Part shown: in pieces, positions 19,682-27,812 of the stretch | How positions within the stretch are numbered: the first letter of the stretch is position 1 | Layout: every line of letters starts with the position of its first letter | Made by a program: the position numbers and the translations under genes | Origin: a virus | Taxonomy: Duplodnaviria > Caudoviricetes | DNA length: 31,651 nucleotides | Strand: one strand, 5' to 3' | Virus record (IMG/VR): IMGVR_UViG_3300017655_000243 | Coordinates: 1 to 31,651 of that record | The notes under the pieces: model-generated | The model's input: the letters and a program-made list of their open reading frames with translations, nothing else | Told to the model about the DNA's origin: nothing | The model's database searches: none

Positions 19682-19762
19682 GTATATACCCTCCTTCTTC
19701 CTCTAAAAATTCAACAATTCCGTAATCGTCTACTGTATATTTAATCTGTATCACCTCATAGC

Positions 19763-19791
19763 AAAAAGAGAGCACCTCGAAGGATGCTCTC
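19763..19791 (-). terminator. Terminator after rha
   Basis: - strand GAGAGCATC-CTTCGA-GGTGCTCTC plus TTTTT. Confidence 0.75.
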
Positions 19792-19833
19792 GAATGTTTA
19801 TGTATTAGTTAATTTTAAAACCTATGTAAAATT

Positions 19834-20997
19834 CTAAATATTACGAAGCAACCAATATATTTTGCCTTCGGATTTATGATTACAAAATTCCATTGTGGCA
19901 TGGTCGTTATGTCTGATGTATCGGTCGTTCTCATTGTAGTAAGCAAATATAAAGTCGTGGAAGCTTTTATCAAAATTCGACATATCAAAAGTATCTTGAT
20001 GTACATATCTTAGATAACTGATAATCGGTTTAGACCAATCAATATTAATATCCTCTTTATTTGGTAATTGCCACGTTGGAAACTCTTTTTGCCATTGACG
20101 ATATACTTCTGGCTTAATTAATTTTGGCTTACCATTGACAATATCAGCATCTACAATATAATTCTCGCTGAATGGGTGCTTATCAATAACAAAATATTTA
20201 CTAATGTCAGGAGGAGTTAGATTTTTAACTTTTTTAACCAACTCATCTTGAGACATTTGTAATTTTTTGATCGCCTTTGTTTGTGCAGCCTTTTGTCCAC
20301 CATTCTTTTTGTTTTCTATCTTGTGTCGATAATCCTTAATATCAATAATCAATTGTTTAAGATTATAGCAATTCCCTATATTAGACACTCCATCCAGAGC
20401 TAATCGGTCATGTAATCTTTCAATTCCAGCAATCGCAGAAGCAGCTCGAGTCATTCGTGTTGCGCTATCCATATTGGCTACATATTCATTAAAGTCATGT
20501 ACCAAGTCATCTATAGTTTTCATGTCTGCATTAGCAAACGTTTTAATCGTTCGCCCTGTGCTAAATCGAATAGCATTGAGATCATCCAATGTTAATACTT
20601 TATCTTTAATAACCTTATCTGTAATTGCTTGAACATACTCACGCTTTTCCGCTAATTCCTCAGCCATTTCCTCAAATGCTTTAGTGTAACGATATGTAAA
20701 TAATGTAGCTTCATCACCAGTGAACTTATTAACGAGCATTGAAAAGCCTTGGCGATCCATTGTAAATATAGGTTGTCGTTTTCTCTGCTTATTAAGATAT
20801 GATGACGGCGAAAAATTCCGCTGTCCTAATTCGGGAATTAAATCAATGAACTTTCTGATTTTCTCAAGGACATCTTTATGTTCTTTCCCATAGTATTCGG
20901 CTACCTTCAAACTACTTGTTACAATCTTACCTTCATTATTTACTGTTAATCCAAATTCCTGTTCAAACTTTGACAATACATTACTCATCTTCTCCAC
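19834..20997 (-). CDS. Rha-family phage regulatory protein with long C-terminal extension (RusA-like domain suspected)
   Basis: VTSSLKVAEYYGKEHKDVL...MDRQGFSMLVNKFTG...YTKAFEEM (Rha); C-terminal PFSENY, DMSNFDKSFHD, NDRYI. Confidence 0.85.
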   Translation of the reverse strand: MEKMSNVLSKFEQEFGLTVNNEGKIVTSSLKVAEYYGKEHKDVLEKIRKFIDLIPELGQRNFSPSSYLNKQRKRQPIFTMDRQGFSMLVNKFTGDEATLFTYRYTKAFEEMAEELAEKREYVQAITDKVIKDKVLTLDDLNAIRFSTGRTIKTFANADMKTIDDLVHDFNEYVANMDSATRMTRAASAIAGIERLHDRLALDGVSNIGNCYNLKQLIIDIKDYRHKIENKKNGGQKAAQTKAIKKLQMSQDELVKKVKNLTPPDISKYFVIDKHPFSENYIVDADIVNGKPKLIKPEVYRQWQKEFPTWQLPNKEDINIDWSKPIISYLRYVHQDTFDMSNFDKSFHDFIFAYYNENDRYIRHNDHATMEFCNHKSEGKIYWLLRNI

Positions 20998-21036
20998 TTC
21001 ACCTTATCCTTTTCTCGTTTTATTGTTTTGGGCAAC

Positions 21037-21065
21037 AAAAAAGGGAGCAGCATTCACTACTCCCT
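21037..21065 (-). terminator. Terminator in the leader upstream of rha
   Basis: - strand AGGGAGTAG-TGAATG-CTGCTCCCT plus TTTTT. Confidence 0.7.
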
Positions 21066-21180
21066 AACGTTGCGTGTCGATGTCACATCGATACAATAAT
21101 TGATAAAGGAATTACCCTTTCGGCAAAGTTACCGAATATGAATATTTTGTTATTGGGCTATCATCAGCGACAGGCCAAAT

Positions 21181-21204
21181 AAAAAACCGCCTAAATTGGC
21201 GGTT
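21181..21204 (-). terminator. Terminator overlapping the stop of the membrane-protein moron
   Basis: - strand AACCGCC-AATTTA-GGCGGTT plus T-run. Confidence 0.7.
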
Positions 21205-21532
21205 GAATTGACTCATTATTAACTGTGACCATGAATTCTTTTCTGTTTAATTTGCTTAGCAAATCAATTATTGCAGCAAGTGCAAGAAAAAATATCCCTG
21301 ATATTACTCCCGATACAGTCAATGAGACCGTCATTGTTAAATCACTTTTGTATGCTGCGTTAAGCGAATCGTAACGACCTTCAATTAAATAATTATCAAA
21401 GTTTGTTTTTGCAGAACTTTCCCAAAATTCCACATCTTCTTTCATATCGCTTAATGAGGATATTTTACTAATTCCGAACACTAATCCAGCAATTATAAAC
21501 AATGCGCCTGTAATAACCAGTACATATTTCAT
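21191..21532 (-). CDS. Two-TM membrane protein (113 aa), moron
   Basis: Two hydrophobic helices flanking a polar loop; RBS GGAGG; own putative promoter (TAGACC-17-TAATAT, 21564-21592) and terminator. Confidence 0.75.
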   Translation of the reverse strand: MKYVLVITGALFIIAGLVFGISKISSLSDMKEDVEFWESSAKTNFDNYLIEGRYDSLNAAYKSDLTMTVSLTVSGVISGIFFLALAAIIDLLSKLNRKEFMVTVNNESIQPPI

Positions 21533-21609
21533 AGGACAACCTCCAGTACCTATTTTTAACAGTATATTAACATCTATGTACGAATAGGTCTAGAGATATA
21601 TTTATTTTA

Positions 21610-21843
21610 ATCCCCACAGGGATAGTATACAAAATCCGAACAAAAAGCTCGGATTTATCGGAGGAATTGAGAGTATGTTAACCCATATATTGCGGACTCT
21701 CAAAACATTTGCCCATATATTTAATGCCAGTGAGCAAACAGGTAACCAGTATTACACTGGCTATGCTGGCAGAGAGAGAATAAGTCTAATGATATTATAC
21801 GGCATCTGCCTAGAGTCTTTCTCATTCTCTCTCATTATAAAAG
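21610..21843 (-). ncRNA. Candidate structured non-coding RNA / leader, five consecutive stem-loops
   Basis: Stems 21772-81/21824-33, 21725-30/21766-71 (inner 21746-60), 21667-74/21696-703, 21632-39/21649-56, 21610-14/21619-23; no ORF in the track; directly after a near-consensus promoter. Confidence 0.55.
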
Positions 21844-21849
21844 GTTAAA

Positions 21850-21878
21850 ATTATACCAATAAAACTCATATATTGCAA
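21850..21878 (-). promoter_or_regulatory. Near-consensus sigma-A promoter
   Basis: TTGCAA (21873-78), 17 bp, extended -10 TGGTATAAT (TATAAT at 21850-55), A-tract upstream. Confidence 0.75.
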
Positions 21879-21912
21879 CACTTTTTTCAATGTGTCTAAA
21901 TGCAAGATTGTA

Positions 21913-22656
21913 TCATTTTTTGCCGATCAAATCCCTCTCTTTTTGTTTCTCATTGATGCGTTTTTTGGCACATCCTGTGCAATATTTACTCCGATTACTC
22001 TTCATTTTTACTCTCTCAACACAGCCATCTGTAGCACATTCCTTACTTTCAATCACTCCACACCACATCAAATATTTATCTACAAACTTACCACTGAAGT
22101 CGTCAACGGTGATAATTGCAGGGCTTTCCTCATTAACAAAATTAATCTTAGTGCTGTATCCACGGACTGGACTAGTCAACCCATATTGTTTCAACTCAAA
22201 ACGCATCATAGCATGCTCCTCAAGATTTCCCTTGATCCCAGCGTCTTCTTTAATCTGTTTCCAGTCAGCATTAACATAATAATCACTTTTCGCCTTAAGC
22301 ACGTATTCAACCTTTGCATACACAAGCAAAGTAAACGCTAGTTTTCGATGATCTAGTTGTTCAAGTGTTTGGATTGCTTTCAATTCAGCTTCTGTTACTA
22401 CTACTTTATCCACTACACGCAATGTAAAATTTTCACGCTTTTCTATATCAGTCACTATATTGTTAATCATATCTAGCCATTCTCCATTATGTGCAACCAT
22501 AAAATCTTGAATTTTTGCTATAGTCTTTTCTTTTCCGTATTTTTTACTAAGGTAATGTTTAGCCAATAATCTAATCGTGTCCTTCTCTTCTCCCAATACC
22601 TTCTTATCCCTCAGCGACTTCTTCACAAAGCCAACCTCATCTGTAATTATATTCAT
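21913..22656 (-). CDS. RNAP-coupled protein with C-terminal Cys4 zinc-finger (247 aa)
   Basis: ATGA overlap with the RNAP stop; ECATDGC-x13-CTGC followed by a basic helix. Confidence 0.8.
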   Translation of the reverse strand: MNIITDEVGFVKKSLRDKKVLGEEKDTIRLLAKHYLSKKYGKEKTIAKIQDFMVAHNGEWLDMINNIVTDIEKRENFTLRVVDKVVVTEAELKAIQTLEQLDHRKLAFTLLVYAKVEYVLKAKSDYYVNADWKQIKEDAGIKGNLEEHAMMRFELKQYGLTSPVRGYSTKINFVNEESPAIITVDDFSGKFVDKYLMWCGVIESKECATDGCVERVKMKSNRSKYCTGCAKKRINEKQKERDLIGKK

Positions 22657-25271
22657 GCCAACATCGCCTGCTTTTTATTAACTTTTTTCATTCTATAAAT
22701 CTTACCCTTCCAATTAAAATCGCCCGAATTATCATTCACCGGTATGTTTATCTTATTATCATTACGATCTAGCAGGTTGTTGATAATCTGTTCGCCACAT
22801 ATATCCCAAGCAAACTGCTTGCTATGCTCAGTCTTGTAACACAATTCGACAACAATGTTAGTCAATACTTTAAAGTCTGAGCATACATTTATGGCCTTTT
22901 CCTTAAAAACATCAACAAACAATTTTCTCATAAGTTTCTTCTCTACTTTGTCGATTTTCTCCTGATCTTTTACACTCTGAATGTAAGCGGCAGTTGTTTC
23001 TTTATACTCGGTGTAAATCATCGCTACTTCGTTATACTGATCTGCTGTATAACATACATCTGACATTAATATCCGATAATCGAATGCATCCCTATCTTCC
23101 ATCTCTTCATTTGTAGCTCGATTACGCTTCTTAAATGCTTCTTCAATTTTCCAACAAACACGGTTCATAGTGGACTTGTTAAATGTTAATGGACTGCGGA
23201 TATTATACCAACGTAGAAACTCGGTTTCCTCTTCATTTCTAGATATCTTTGTTTTCAACTGATCTACCGTCATTCCAAAATTCGAAATGCAATAAAACAA
23301 TTGTTCATCTCTGAATTTCTTCCATTCTTTCATTGTATGCTTATAACGATAGATGAAGAAATATGGCTTCTTATCAGCAACGATTCTAGCATCTTCTGAT
23401 GCTGGCTTATTCGCTTTCCAATTCGTCCACTGTTTCGGTGTTTGTTTGCTGATAATCCCTTTAGCTTTATCAATTTCATTTTGTTGTAATAGCTGGCTCA
23501 TTTGAATCCTATCCGTCAATGTAGCATATTCTTCACTATCTGTTGGAAACTGCTCTCTCAAATCAGTCATGCTACTTGCCATATTTGTTATACTGCCAAT
23601 CTTGTTGCCGAATGACGCTTTAACACTCTTGAATACTTGTGATTGAGTTACCTTATCTTTTTTGGCAGACTTACTCTCGCATACAATTGTTTGCAGTTTA
23701 CGCACATTACGAAGGATTACTGGGTTTGGTGTGGTGTAGCATAAATCGCCATCCATATCACAAGTATTAAGTGCTAACAGCGTATTATCATGACAATTGA
23801 ATATTGTAATTGCTCCCATATGTTTATACCATTCCGTCATTTCTTTATCAGATACAACATCTAATACTCGAATCGATGCCTCTGCAACCATTGGTGCACG
23901 GAATACAGCAACTTTCTCCTTATTTCTGCTATGCCAATGCTCACTGTAAAGTTGACCAGCCTTGAGCAATCCTGTAGCTTTCTGCTTAAATATTGATTGA
24001 CATAATACATAAGGATCGCCACTTACTAAACTAAAATTTGATTCAATCCTGAGTTCTCCCATCTTCGCACCGTTGATCCTCTTTGAAATCATCTTATTTA
24101 TCGTGTCTCTAACAAATGGATCATTAATCATATTAGGTTCGACTTTTAAAGCCTTCGATATGTCACTATGTTCATGGTCAAAATTATCTAAAGTGGTACC
24201 CTCGCCATTCAGATACATAATACTTTTTCGCCAGTCTCTACCTTGTACATCCTTAATTTCATTTATTGTTGGTTGTATCAATTCAACAATATCGTCATCT
24301 GACAAATGAAGGGGTTGTATAAATTGATAATTGGTGTCTCTTTGCTCATCCAAATATTCAGGTGCTACTTTGGCAACTCTCATACCGTATCCATTGACTA
24401 TAGACTTAGCCATATAATCATCCCACGATGTATAACTAGACCACAGTTTAAGCATGGATTCAGTCAGTAAGATATCTGCCTCATAAATGTTATGTAAATC
24501 GTTATGTAAATCGTCAGACCATACACTTGATACTTTATTATCCTTGGCAACATCTCGTGCAAATTTATGAAAGTCGAACGTATAAAGCATACCCTTCAAA
24601 AAACTACCTCTGATTTGATAACCTCCACTTGTATATCCCAGCCCAAGATGCTCACTCCATTTAGCCGCAAAAGTAGGAGAGATTAGACCGAATCCATCGG
24701 AGATGTTATTAGTGACCTTATGATTACGTCTCGTCTCAATTGTAGGTTCGCCACTAGTATCAGTTATGAATGTAACATCCTCAATCACATCCATATAAGC
24801 ATCTGGAACAACGATTACGCCTGCTGGCATGGGAACAGGAACACTACTACTAAATGTTAATGCTCGATAAGCTTCAAGTTTTGCTGGAACTATCTCAATA
24901 TCTTTATTCCTATCATTTTCTATCCGTCTAAACAATTCAGCATGAACCTTGTCTGAAGCATAAATACTAGTTGACTCTTTACCACCATTTGTTGTTGTGA
25001 CTAAATACTGAAATGTAACACCATTGAATATGAAACCTTTATTCGCACGATCAAAATGTGATTTATTATCGAAGACGATTTCAATAATGTCATCAATGAA
25101 TTTGTCCTTAGTTCCGCTAATCTCTATAACAAAATCTATAGCTTGGGATTGGGCTAGATATATGATTTGCTGATTATTTGCTGCATCTTGACGATTAAGT
25201 GTAAGATTCCATTCTTGCTTAGCAAATACCGTTGAATTGATTTTATAAATTTGGTGTAGATTAAGTTTCAT
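22653..25271 (-). CDS. Single-subunit two-barrel RNA polymerase, eukaryotic-RdRP-like / SPbeta YonO family (872 aa)
   Basis: Ordered motifs SDGFGLISP, YQIRGSFLKGML, VFRAPMV, catalytic CDMDGDLCY (DxDGD at 23745-23759), IGSITN, QNEIDKAKG; RBS AGGAGG. Confidence 0.9.
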   Translation of the reverse strand: MKLNLHQIYKINSTVFAKQEWNLTLNRQDAANNQQIIYLAQSQAIDFVIEISGTKDKFIDDIIEIVFDNKSHFDRANKGFIFNGVTFQYLVTTTNGGKESTSIYASDKVHAELFRRIENDRNKDIEIVPAKLEAYRALTFSSSVPVPMPAGVIVVPDAYMDVIEDVTFITDTSGEPTIETRRNHKVTNNISDGFGLISPTFAAKWSEHLGLGYTSGGYQIRGSFLKGMLYTFDFHKFARDVAKDNKVSSVWSDDLHNDLHNIYEADILLTESMLKLWSSYTSWDDYMAKSIVNGYGMRVAKVAPEYLDEQRDTNYQFIQPLHLSDDDIVELIQPTINEIKDVQGRDWRKSIMYLNGEGTTLDNFDHEHSDISKALKVEPNMINDPFVRDTINKMISKRINGAKMGELRIESNFSLVSGDPYVLCQSIFKQKATGLLKAGQLYSEHWHSRNKEKVAVFRAPMVAEASIRVLDVVSDKEMTEWYKHMGAITIFNCHDNTLLALNTCDMDGDLCYTTPNPVILRNVRKLQTIVCESKSAKKDKVTQSQVFKSVKASFGNKIGSITNMASSMTDLREQFPTDSEEYATLTDRIQMSQLLQQNEIDKAKGIISKQTPKQWTNWKANKPASEDARIVADKKPYFFIYRYKHTMKEWKKFRDEQLFYCISNFGMTVDQLKTKISRNEEETEFLRWYNIRSPLTFNKSTMNRVCWKIEEAFKKRNRATNEEMEDRDAFDYRILMSDVCYTADQYNEVAMIYTEYKETTAAYIQSVKDQEKIDKVEKKLMRKLFVDVFKEKAINVCSDFKVLTNIVVELCYKTEHSKQFAWDICGEQIINNLLDRNDNKINIPVNDNSGDFNWKGKIYRMKKVNKKQAMLA

Positions 25272-25451
25272 TTAATTCCTCCTAATATTCATATTTTCGT
25301 TTTATGTATGACGTGAATAAATCTTAGTTCAAGTGCCTACCGCAGAAACAAAGATCGTGTTTCTTTGGTTCGCCCTACCAAAAAAACCGTTGGTATGTCG
25401 TTGATAAGAGATTTCGAATGCTCAAGAATTAATAACATGCCGTGAGGGGGT

Positions 25452-25538
25452 TTGGGGGTGGTGCGGCTGGAGTCACGGTTGGTTTTGCTTTGCGATAGCA
25501 AAGGAAAATAACTGTGCGAATTGATATAGCACCCCCAA
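25452..25538 (+). other. Long imperfect inverted repeat / hairpin (87 nt)
   Basis: TTGGGGGTG/CACCCCCAA outer stem, CACGGTT/AACTGTG middle stem, TTTTgCTTTGC-GATA-GCAAAGgAAAA apex. Confidence 0.8.
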
Positions 25539-25563
25539 GATTAAACTTGGATTATGATGATAT

Positions 25564-25613
25564 AAAAGTGACCGACTATTACTATATATATAGAATAAAT
25601 TTCCGCCACTTTT
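25564..25613. repeat. Imperfect palindrome centred on CTATATATATAG
   Basis: AAAAGTG...TATT-a-CTATATATATAG-AATA...CACTTTT immediately after the helicase-like stop. Confidence 0.7.
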
Positions 25614-25616
25614 TAA

Positions 25617-27569
25617 TTATTTATGCTTTATGTATTTCCATCCGTTATCATCAATAAAAACATTCCAGTTGATTCGTTCAAACTCTTCTATGATTATTTT
25701 CTGATGATGTTTATCATCCCAATATTCATTGATCCACTTTTTAAAACGAACATCAATTTTGCCTATACTATGCTTTTTAAACTTATCTAGGTCTTTCAAT
25801 TTGTTCTGGATGCTTTGTAATCGTTCCTTCACCTTAACTCTAAGCTCAGTTTCATCCTTAAGGCTATATATTGCTATGCTCGAATCTGGTAGTTTGTAGT
25901 GCATCTTCAAACATTCGAGCCAGCCTAGTTTGTTTGTGTAAATGAATACGAACGCTTTGCTGTTGTCAGACATATTTCTTAACCTTGTTCTATGTATGAT
26001 TTGACTCAAATCCATTAATACCAGCGACTCATACACTTTTTGTACCTTCTCATCACTGAACCATTCAAGACTATCCTTCTTTGGTTTACCCTGCTTTAAT
26101 GATATATCTATAGATGTTCCATGCAGTCCAATAGCTTGTAGTTTGTAATATGAAGGGTGGCGTACAGGAAGGGACAGTAAAGCAATTCCATCATACTTAT
26201 TAATGTCGTTGTCGCCAGTGGAGTTAAGTAAGGATATGGCTGTATTTGATTCGGAGTCAACTTTGTTAGTAAAATATTTCTGACGTTCACTTTCATTGAT
26301 CACACCGTTCTCAACGTATTTCTGAATATCTCCTTTCAATGGTAAGGCCAGGATTTTCAAGTTTGATTTTTCTCCAATTTTTTTAAACTCTAATAATGAT
26401 TCAGTAACTCTTAAATGAGTATCATCTTTCTTACGACTTTCCTTTGAAGTGCTAACATCAACAAAGTAAATTTTCAATCTGTCTTTGTAGTTATGATAAT
26501 TGGTATTATGTATGTATTCGAATTTACCATGATCATAGAAGATATTAACTATGCTGCTGGTACCATCCAGAATTAGCATATGTCCGAACTGCTTGTAATC
26601 AATGAACTTACTGCAATAGATATTTGTCATCTTACCATCACGATTTATTACACCTACTGAGTCCGAGAAGAATAATTTTTGAAACCATGTAAACCTTCTA
26701 TGTGATTTTGGTGTGAGTGTGATTTCTTTAAACTGATTTATTGCAGCTAAAACTACATCATATTGTGGACTTCCCTCAATGGATCTTCCAAGTTTCCTAG
26801 TCGAGATTGACGTAACATCGTTATCGGTTGCTTCCAACATCTCTAAAGCAAATATGTTATTGATAACCAATCGTGCTCTTTGAATATCCTTTCTTGACAT
26901 TTTACTTTCATCAATTAATTCCATGCCTTCATTAAACCAATCGACACTGTTATTAAATTCACCTATATCGAATATTTCTGAGTCGAAGAAGATCGGCATT
27001 TCATCAACAATTACGATACGTTCTGTGGTGTAGCTCCAGCCTACAGAAGCATCGACATGGTATGAATGGAATACTGAATAATCACCGCTTCCAGTTGCTA
27101 TATCTCGAAGTCTCTGTTGTGTAATCCCTACGACCTTATATTGATGAATATTGTCTTTGTAATCATCGTAGTTCCTACTCGTAATCATTTTTACTCCGTT
27201 TTCCATGCCTTTTGATCTAGCATACTCTGCCACAGGTTCTAACACGTTTTCCATTGATTTTTCTTTGTTGAAAACCAACAACAATGGGACATCACTTTGT
27301 TCAAGCATCATCTTGCTGACTATTTGAAGTGCTGTAGACTTGCCCCCACCCATTATGCTGTTAGTGACTTGCCTTATGCTCAACTTATTTTCTGTTTCAA
27401 TATTATATTTTGCATCATTGATAAATCGAATGATGGTGTTTATTATGTCAATAAACGTTTGTGAATGAAGATTGTTAATGACTCCATCTGGTATGTATTT
27501 CTTCAATAAAAATGGTTCGAACGATTTAAATTCTGATAATTGTGAAATAAAGAGCCTATCTTGATTCAA
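25617..27569 (-). CDS. Superfamily-2 helicase-like ATPase (about 650 aa), candidate replication/origin-binding protein
   Basis: Walker A MGGGKST, Walker B IVIVDEMP, motif III ILDGTS, motif VI QIIHRTRLR; RBS GGAGGAA with TTG at 27569. Confidence 0.82.
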   Translation of the reverse strand: MNQDRLFISQLSEFKSFEPFLLKKYIPDGVINNLHSQTFIDIINTIIRFINDAKYNIETENKLSIRQVTNSIMGGGKSTALQIVSKMMLEQSDVPLLLVFNKEKSMENVLEPVAEYARSKGMENGVKMITSRNYDDYKDNIHQYKVVGITQQRLRDIATGSGDYSVFHSYHVDASVGWSYTTERIVIVDEMPIFFDSEIFDIGEFNNSVDWFNEGMELIDESKMSRKDIQRARLVINNIFALEMLEATDNDVTSISTRKLGRSIEGSPQYDVVLAAINQFKEITLTPKSHRRFTWFQKLFFSDSVGVINRDGKMTNIYCSKFIDYKQFGHMLILDGTSSIVNIFYDHGKFEYIHNTNYHNYKDRLKIYFVDVSTSKESRKKDDTHLRVTESLLEFKKIGEKSNLKILALPLKGDIQKYVENGVINESERQKYFTNKVDSESNTAISLLNSTGDNDINKYDGIALLSLPVRHPSYYKLQAIGLHGTSIDISLKQGKPKKDSLEWFSDEKVQKVYESLVLMDLSQIIHRTRLRNMSDNSKAFVFIYTNKLGWLECLKMHYKLPDSSIAIYSLKDETELRVKVKERLQSIQNKLKDLDKFKKHSIGKIDVRFKKWINEYWDDKHHQKIIIEEFERINWNVFIDDNGWKYIKHK

Positions 27570-27601
27570 AGTATTCCTCCTGATATTCATCTACTTTTTG
27601 T

Positions 27602-27630
27602 TTGACATTCGCAATCTCGTGATGTATATT
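27602..27630 (+). promoter_or_regulatory. Sigma-A promoter on the + strand (antisense to the helicase leader)
   Basis: TTGACA (27602-07), 17 bp, TATATT (27625-30). Confidence 0.65.
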
Positions 27631-27751
27631 TGATTATAATACTTCATATGTGTGAAGTTTCAATAAAGCTAGACATGCACAAGCATAGGCATCACCCCAA
27701 AAATAGAATAGGAAAATATACAGACGCAATGAAACACTTGTGTCTATTTGT

Positions 27752-27781
27752 AATGTATCATTTTCGAAATGGAAAAAGCAA
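27752..27781 (-). promoter_or_regulatory. Putative sigma-A promoter for the helicase/RNAP operon
   Basis: TTGCTT, 18 bp, extended -10 TGATACATT. Confidence 0.5.
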
Positions 27782-27812
27782 TAGTTTTAGACGAATCTAA
27801 AAAATAAATTTC

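Noticed and set aside
21637-21651. CGAAC-AAAAA-GCTCG as a LexA box
   Set aside because: Spacer is 5 nt rather than 4; better explained as part of a hairpin/terminator
21610-21843. CRISPR mini-array or tRNA
   Set aside because: Only a 10-bp repeat in two copies; no repeat-spacer periodicity and no cloverleaf or T-loop motif seen
22653-25271. T7-like polymerase, viral palm RdRP or reverse transcriptase
   Set aside because: No palm-domain motifs recognised; DxDGD and flanking motifs indicate a two-barrel enzyme
27675-27800. 41-codon + strand ORF (MHKHRHHPKNRIG...)
   Set aside because: No RBS or recognisable features; region better explained as antisense RNA, though a leader peptide cannot be excluded
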